Of a stretch of DNA of 64,000 nucleotides, positions 58,361 through 64,000 are shown one piece after another (the first letter of the stretch is position 1; every line of letters begins with the position of its first letter). The DNA is from an uncultured Hormoscilla sp. (lineage in GTDB: Bacteria; Cyanobacteriota; Cyanobacteriia; Cyanobacteriales; Desertifilaceae): the NCBI GenBank assembly GCA_963921275.4, contig OZ001293.3, positions 5,024,001 to 5,088,000 of the forward strand. Direction: 5' to 3'. Under the pieces are notes generated by a model. The model did no database searches. It was not told the origin of the DNA and saw only the letters and a list, made by a program, of their open reading frames with translations. A program made the position numbers and the translations under genes.

Positions 58361-59731
58361 GTGGAAGTGGTCGTTACTGGCATTTGTCTGGTGTCAGCTT
58401 TAGGGATGCTACAGACCAGTTGGCAGCGCCTGATCGCTGGTGAATCTGGCATCAGGCTTTCACAACCTTTTCGGGAACTGCCACCACGACCTCTGGCCCT
58501 AATTGGCAAAACTCCGATGTATCCTGGTGCTGCATCTCCTGGGAGCTTGATGTCCCCCGGACGCACTTCGATGCCTACCGTTCCGGAAAAATCGGGATGC
58601 TACGCTGCGCGAAAAATCGCAAAAACCTACGATGCCTTCCGGACGCACGGCGAAAACCCGGAAGGCATCGCTCAGACATCGTCGAAACCCGGGGGACATC
58701 ATCTGAGCACTACCCAGGAGATGCAGTGCGCTAATCCCACAACCCAGGATACCTCGGCAGCTGACTTAACTACTCTCACTCAGCTGGTGGTGACCGAGGC
58801 GATCGCCGATGCAGGTCTAGTCCTACCATTGCCAGATGCTGGGGTGGCGATCGGGTCTAGTCGCGCTCATCAGGCTTCCTGGGAACAGCTAGCTAGACAA
58901 TTACAAGAGGATTCTCTCATGTCCGGTGCCCATTGGTTGGATACCCTTCCGCATATGGTGGCGATCGCCTCGGCCCGGACGATCGGCTCTACTGGTCCGG
59001 TGTTAGCGCCAATGGCTGCTTGTGCTACGGGCCTCTGGGCGATCGCCCAAGGCTTCCATCTGATCCAGACTGGTCAATGCCAGCGGGCTATCGCCGGGGC
59101 AGTGGAAGCTCCGGTGACGCCCTTAACCCTGGCAGGCTTTACCCGGATGGGAGCCTTAGCTGCCACTGGTGCCTATCCTTTTGACAAAAATCGCGAAGGT
59201 TTGGTTTTGGGGGAGGGTGCAGCTGTCTTGGTGCTGGAGTCAGCAACGGTAGCTAGGCGTCGCGGAGCCCCTATTTATGGACGAGTGCTCGGGTTTGGCT
59301 TGACAAATGATGGTTATCATGCTATTGCGCCCCAACTGGGAGGCAAGAGAGCGATCGGGGCTGTGAAGCAATGTCTGGAGCGATCGGGCCTGGAGACAGC
59401 TGACATTGACTACATCCATGCTCACGGCACCAGTACGAGGTTGAATGACCAGAACGAAGCAAAATTAATTCAATATTTATTTCCTCAAGGCGTTCCTGTC
59501 AGTTCCACCAAGGGAGCTACAGGTCACAGCCTGGGAGCATCTGGGGCCTTGGGAGTAGCTTTCTGTCTGATGGCGTTACAGGAGCAGCTATTGCCCCCTT
59601 GTGTAGGATTGAAAGCACCAGAGTTTGATTTAGATTTACTGATGGCACCGCGTCGGTGTCAGGTGCGGCGAGTGCTGTGTTTGAGTTTTGGCTTTGGGGG
59701 CCAAAATGGGGCGATCGTCTTAGGAAAGTAA
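58361..59731 (+). CDS. Beta-ketoacyl-ACP synthase (FabF-like) with an ~81-aa repeat-derived insertion
   Basis: [23 protein letters not shown] and SFGFGG motifs all intact. Confidence 0.88.
   Translation: MEVVVTGICLVSALGMLQTSWQRLIAGESGIRLSQPFRELPPRPLALIGKTPMYPGAASPGSLMSPGRTSMPTVPEKSGCYAARKIAKTYDAFRTHGENPEGIAQTSSKPGGHHLSTTQEMQCANPTTQDTSAADLTTLTQLVVTEAIADAGLVLPLPDAGVAIGSSRAHQASWEQLARQLQEDSLMSGAHWLDTLPHMVAIASARTIGSTGPVLAPMAACATGLWAIAQGFHLIQTGQCQRAIAGAVEAPVTPLTLAGFTRMGALAATGAYPFDKNREGLVLGEGAAVLVLESATVARRRGAPIYGRVLGFGLTNDGYHAIAPQLGGKRAIGAVKQCLERSGLETADIDYIHAHGTSTRLNDQNEAKLIQYLFPQGVPVSSTKGATGHSLGASGALGVAFCLMALQEQLLPPCVGLKAPEFDLDLLMAPRRCQVRRVLCLSFGFGGQNGAIVLGK
58514..58759. repeat. Four-level nested hairpin repeat plus two 15-nt micro-insertions, in frame
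   Basis: Arm pairs: CCGATGTATCCTGG/CCAGGATACCTCGG, CTGCATCTCCTGGG/CCCAGGAGATGCAG, GATGTCCCCCGG/CCGGGGGACATC, CGATGCCTTCCGG/CCGGAAGGCATCG. Confidence 0.85.
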
Positions 59732-59775
59732 GTAAGATAAATGTGTTATACTGCTGAAAAAAGAGGAGTCATTTT

Positions 59776-59997
59776 ATGCTAAAGACACATAGACAAAAAG
59801 CGATAATCCAGTCCGGAGGTGTGATAAGTATTAGCTCGCCAGAACTTCCAGCTGGTACGATAGCAGAGGTGATTGTGATTGTGGATGCATCGATTGAAGA
59901 GCCTAAAAAGTCCTTAACTAGCTTCATTGGGGCTGGTAAAGGTAGTTTGGCAACGCCAGAAGAAGCTGATGATTTTATCCGTCAACTGCGAGGATAA
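59776..59997 (+). CDS. Probable antitoxin, followed by a PIN toxin remnant (59997-60110)
   Basis: SFIGAGKGSLATPEEADDFIRQ; next ORF reads RVYQDTNIWIY then stops. Confidence 0.65.
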   Translation: MLKTHRQKAIIQSGGVISISSPELPAGTIAEVIVIVDASIEEPKKSLTSFIGAGKGSLATPEEADDFIRQLRG

Positions 59998-60110
59998 TGA
60001 ATATCTTAAACGCTATCCAGGGAAGGCGGGTGTATCAAGATACCAACATCTGGATTTATACCTGAGAAGAATATCCGACCTTTGTCACTGATTTAAGGGA
60101 ATTATTTCAA

Positions 60111-60570
60111 ATTTATGGACGAGTGCTCGGGTTTGGCTTGACAAATGATGGTTATCATGATAACGCGCCCGAACTGGGAGGGAAGAGGGCGATCGCAGCT
60201 GTCAAGCAATGTCTGGAGCGATCGGGCCTGGAGAGAGCTGACATTGACTACATCCATGCTCACGGCACCAGTACGAGGGAATGACCAGAACGAAGCAAAA
60301 TTAATTCAATATTATTTCCTCAAGGCGTTCCTGTCAGTTCCACCAAGGGAGCTACAGGTCACAGCCTGGGAGCATCTGGGGCCTTGGGAGTAGCTTTCTG
60401 TCTGATGGCGTTACAGGAGCAGCTATTGCCCCTTTGTGTAGGATTGAAAAGCACCAGAGTTTGATTTAGATTTACTGATGGCACCGCGTCGGTGTCAGGT
60501 GCGGCGGGTGCTGTGTTTGAGTTTTGGCTTTGGGGGCCAGAATGGGGCGATCGTCTTAGGAAAGTAAGTA
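60111..60570 (+). pseudogene. Frameshifted duplicate of the fabF-like 3' end (59273-59735)
   Basis: Near-identical direct repeat with several indels. Confidence 0.9.
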
Positions 60571-60675
60571 AACGTTCCTTACAGACAATTTATTTATCTT
60601 TAGAAGCAACCGCGCTTACTTATTTTTTCCATCGTTTTGAGAATAAATAAAAATCACGAAATTTAGAGGAGGCAA

Positions 60676-61368
60676 GTCATTCTCATTCAGTTTACAGATT
60701 TCAACGCTGCTTGTACTATCATCAGTACCGACTGCAATTCTCAATGGAACGATATTAGCAATGTACTCGATGCTATGCCACTACACCTAAAAGCTTCATC
60801 CCAGGCGGGACTTCAAGGCTATCCCATTTTCGATCCTGTAGGAACGAATGAATACATCAAAACCGAATTAGTTAACCTGGGATGGGAACCGAATAGTCCC
60901 ATTCCCAAACAATACAATTTTTTAGGAACCCATATTGATGCTGGTAAAGCAGGCGCGATCGTCGAGAATCAATTTTCCAACTATCCGTTTCTTCTCAATA
61001 ATACCATAAGATCCGATTTTTCGGGCCGTCCGCGGACCGTGCTTTTCTTTAACGCTGAGACCATGTTTTCTGGGTCAGCCACTAAACTGGTAATTATTAT
61101 CACAAAAGCTCATATGTTTCCTGCTTCTAACAGCACTCTATATTACGAACAAGCTGTCAACTGGTTGACAGCATTAGCTCAATATAATGTATTTGATGTA
61201 CCAATACGACTTGTGGGGTTGTTTGCACCGCAAAATTATACTGTATCTGTAAAATGGACTGTGTACCAGGCACAACGATCAAGAACTGTGATCGCGCAAC
61301 AAAATCGCCAATGCCAAATCATTTCCGGAACTAGACCTGACAGTCGTTGTGTTCTGAATTTACTCTAG
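60676..61368 (+). CDS. BglII-like type II restriction endonuclease, probably inactive
   Basis: MPLHLKAS, IFDPVGTN, QFSNYPFLLNNTIRS, HMFPASNS.LYYEQA and YNVFDVPIRLVGL match R.BglII as recalled. 24-nt insertion at 61017-61040. No canonical start codon after the RBS. Confidence 0.8.
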   Translation, partial: VILIQFTDFNAACTIISTDCNSQWNDISNVLDAMPLHLKASSQAGLQGYPIFDPVGTNEYIKTELVNLGWEPNSPIPKQYNFLGTHIDAGKAGAIVENQFSNYPFLLNNTIRSDFSGRPRTVLFFNAETMFSGSATKLVIIITKAHMFPASNSTLYYEQAVNWLTALAQYNVFDVPIRLVGLFAPQNYTVSVKWTVYQAQRSRTVIAQQNRQCQIISGTRPDSRCVLNLL

Positions 61369-61384
61369 CAACAATAGGTTAATT

Positions 61385-62494
61385 CTACAAGTCAAGCTCC
61401 AGTTGCTGATTTTTCGGGCCGTCCGCGGACCGTGCAACTTGAGTTTTTTCTGGTGTCTTTTTTCCCTTTCCATTCAGCGTAGAATCTACTGGACGTTCTT
61501 CCCCTCGTAAATCAGCAGCAAAGGCTGCTTCTTCATAATATAATCTTTCTTCCATTTCCTGCAAGTGGTATTCTTCTGGGTATATCTTTGCCTTTGAACG
61601 TTCCGACGGTCTTTTCCCAATTTGGACGTCAAACCGGAATTTATCAATAGGTTCACCCGTTCTTTCTATGTAGTTTCGCAAGGTTTTCAAGTTTGGAAAA
61701 CATCCATTTTCATCTGGTTCACCACTCAGACGCCGCATCGCTATTTGATGATAGGTTGGATTCATTTCTGCACCGATAAAATGTCGTTCCCAGTCTCTGG
61801 CAACAACTGCTACTGTACCAGCCCCCATATAGGGATCGAAAACTACTTCATTTTTGTAAGTTGTTGCTAAAATAATTCTCGCTATCAAGTCTTCTGGAAA
61901 TTGACAAGGATAAATTGTTTGTTCTTCGTGGTTGTGTTTGACATTCGAAAATAACCAGATATCCCCAGGATTTTTTCCCTTTGGGTTACAAGATAGTTGA
62001 CCTTTGCGATCTCCTCGGTAATGTTTTTTATTCTGGTATTTCTGCGGTACTCTAATCTCATCTAGATTAAAGGTATAGTCTTTAGATTTCGTAAACCACA
62101 AAATTGTTTCGTGGCGACAGGAAAATTTATTTTGCGCGTGCAGTTCATGTTGTCTAGCCCAAATAATCCGGTTTCTGGGAATTAATCCACAAGATTCTAT
62201 AATTGGGAAAAAGCGGATATCTAAGGGAATTAACATTCCCCGATCTGAAAAAGCCCCTATTTGCAAAAATAGCGCTCCAGTCTGTTTGAGAATTCTGCTA
62301 CATTCTTTTAGGACAATAGTCTGTTCTCTTAAATAATTATCCAATGCTTGCTTAGCTTCGTATTCCTTACCTAAATTATAACGTGGCGAGGAGACAACTA
62401 AGTCCACACACTCATCAGGTAATTCTTTGAGTACATTCAAGCAATTTCCTAGAAATATTTTGTCCAGCGGTAGTTTTTCTTTATCCATCGTCAT
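61385..62494 (-). CDS. Beta-class N4/N6 DNA methyltransferase, cognate of the BglII-like enzyme
   Basis: Motif IV reads SPRY (SPPY expected); motif I FDPYMGAGT; 24-nt insertion at 61410-61433. Confidence 0.85.
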   Translation of the reverse strand: MTMDKEKLPLDKIFLGNCLNVLKELPDECVDLVVSSPRYNLGKEYEAKQALDNYLREQTIVLKECSRILKQTGALFLQIGAFSDRGMLIPLDIRFFPIIESCGLIPRNRIIWARQHELHAQNKFSCRHETILWFTKSKDYTFNLDEIRVPQKYQNKKHYRGDRKGQLSCNPKGKNPGDIWLFSNVKHNHEEQTIYPCQFPEDLIARIILATTYKNEVVFDPYMGAGTVAVVARDWERHFIGAEMNPTYHQIAMRRLSGEPDENGCFPNLKTLRNYIERTGEPIDKFRFDVQIGKRPSERSKAKIYPEEYHLQEMEERLYYEEAAFAADLRGEERPVDSTLNGKGKKTPEKTQVARSADGPKNQQLELDL

Positions 62495-62510
62495 TTAACT
62501 AGAACATCAC

Positions 62511-63116
62511 TCATTTGTCTCCGGCCATCCAAACTAGGTAACCTAACATCCGATCTACTGGTGGCAAGGAATACACATTCAGGTCTATTGTGAGGGTTGA
62601 TTGCACTAAGCTCATAAACTGCCATTGAATCCCATTACTCACACTACCATAAATCCTCGGGATGGGATGAGATTGCGCCTCATTAAACCGTTGAACGGCA
62701 ACCATCTCAGCAATGCACTGACCAAAACCTGTTTTCAGATCGGTTCTATTCGCTTCCACCACCACAACCGCTGGCGCTTCAATTTCTAGGACTGCTGTTG
62801 AACGGGTAAGCAAAAAATCACAGACCCCATTTAGCCCCGCTGATTCATCGACATTAAATTCTTCTCCAGAAAATAGGCTAACCTGACGATCTAACTGTCG
62901 TCTTACTTCGAGCAGCATTGGGTAGATAATTCCTTCTGAACGGGCTTTCTCACTTCCCGATATCGCTACTATTGGTAAGCTTTCTTGGAGATAGCCCTCT
63001 AGGATGGGGGAAGGTTCGATCGCCTCTATCTCTGGCAAAAAGCGATCGCCCTCAACCACGGTCAAGTTGAAAGCTGTTTTGGCGCTGCTAATGGTTTTGA
63101 ACTGACTGTAAGACAT
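62511..63116 (-). CDS. Hypothetical PD-(D/E)xK-like protein
   Basis: SEKARSE.II.P.L, LNGVCDF, VVEA and GQCIAEMVA. Confidence 0.65.
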   Translation of the reverse strand: MSYSQFKTISSAKTAFNLTVVEGDRFLPEIEAIEPSPILEGYLQESLPIVAISGSEKARSEGIIYPMLLEVRRQLDRQVSLFSGEEFNVDESAGLNGVCDFLLTRSTAVLEIEAPAVVVVEANRTDLKTGFGQCIAEMVAVQRFNEAQSHPIPRIYGSVSNGIQWQFMSLVQSTLTIDLNVYSLPPVDRMLGYLVWMAGDK

Positions 63117-63129
63117 GGGACGATCGAGT

Positions 63130-63567
63130 TTACTCGTGACTAGGTAGAACCTAGTCACGAACCCCAGAGGCTCTGCCTCAAAAGAGGCTGATGGCTTGAT
63201 AGTATGATAACATGAGGCTCTGCCTCACACAAGACGTTCCCAGACTCTGGCTGGGAACGCGAGTTAAAATAACTTACTCGTTACTCGTGACTAGGTAGAA
63301 CCTAGTCACGAACCCCAGAGGCTCTGCCTCTTTTGAGGCCGATGGCTTGATAGTATGATAACATGAGGCTCTGCCTCACACAAGACGTTCCCAGACTCTG
63401 GCTGGGAACGAGTTAAAATAACTTACTCGTTACTCGTGACTGGGTTCTACCTAGTCACGAACCCCAGAGGCAGAGCCTCTTTTGAGGCTGATAGCTTGAT
63501 AGTATGATAACATGAGGCTCTGCCTCATACCAGGCGTTCCCAGCGGTCGTCTGGTGTGAACGAGTTA
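63130..63567. repeat. Three ~150-bp tandem palindromic REP-like units
   Basis: Units begin at ~63130, 63281 and 63430 with CGTGACTAGG/CCTAGTCACG and GAGGCTCTGCCTC motifs; related to 3950-4105. Confidence 0.85.
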
Positions 63568-63577
63568 ATTGAATTGT

Positions 63578-64000
63578 TTATATTCCCATTGCCTGACCTG
63601 CCAACCAACCAGTAGTCCAGGCACTCTGGAAATTGAACCCGCCAGTAACGCCATCAATATCCAGAATTTCCCCGGCAAAATATAAACCCCGACAACAGCG
63701 ACTCTCCATTGTTTGAAAATTCACTTCCTGCAAACTCACTCCACCACAAGTGACAAACTCTTCGTTAAACGCCCCTTTACCTGTAATTTGATAAGTTCCT
63801 TGGTTCAGTTCTAGCACTAACTCGTGCAATAATTTATTAGATAACCCTGCCCATCTATCCTGTTCCCTAATACCGACATTATACAGTAACTGCTGCCAAA
63901 GACGGCGGGGCATGGGAACAGGACAGCTAGATGCGATCGCCCGCTTGGGCAGTTGGGACTTGACCTGCAACAGCATTTTCCGCAATTGTTCTTGCTGGTA
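63578..64000 (-). CDS. HI0933/BaiN-family flavoprotein, C-terminal part (runs off the window)
   Basis: VTCGGV and YFAGEILDIDGVTGGFNFQSAW. Confidence 0.88.
   Translation of the reverse strand, partial: YQQEQLRKMLLQVKSQLPKRAIASSCPVPMPRRLWQQLLYNVGIREQDRWAGLSNKLLHELVLELNQGTYQITGKGAFNEEFVTCGGVSLQEVNFQTMESRCCRGLYFAGEILDIDGVTGGFNFQSAWTTGWLAGQAMGI

Noticed and set aside
61013..61040. 3-bp CCG target-site duplication for the 24-nt element
   Set aside because: That register leaves RSVL here and a TAG at 16481. The CCGA^ register restores RSEL and VPKVL, so the apparent duplication is end mimicry.
63130..63567. CRISPR array or ncRNA cluster
   Set aside because: Whole ~150-bp units repeat, as in REP-like arrays elsewhere in the window.

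Overview
Cyanobacterial DNA: HIP1 octamer GCGATCGC is frequent, and bicA, glgB and Uma2-family genes are present. The lineage is probably filamentous and undergoing genome decay (inference). Apparently intact genes (pgm, glgB, msrP, miaA, gyrB with a 435-aa HNH intein, bicA, a fabF-like gene, a response regulator) sit among many pseudogenes and IS remnants (ISKra4, IS982, ISL3, IS630, IS607, IS66, IS5, IS1). Two systems stand out. (1) Eight group II introns cover every stage of reduction: one with an open RT/En ORF, one frameshifted, one internally deleted, and five ORF-less. Four of the ORF-less copies are near-identical (871-872 nt), sit at unrelated sites, end in a non-canonical ...ATCC and keep a conserved, apparently structured domain IV. 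(2) A family of 15-29-nt micro-insertions (at least 16 copies, 5 variants), mostly built from GNA-triloop DNA mini-hairpins, inserts without target duplication, typically after CGA/CGT. The 15- and 24-nt variants land in frame; the 22-nt variant frameshifts xfp and its neighbour. A separate self-nesting hairpin repeat has built an ~81-codon in-frame nested insert in the fabF-like gene. Family assignments come from motifs recognised by eye; no database searches were run.
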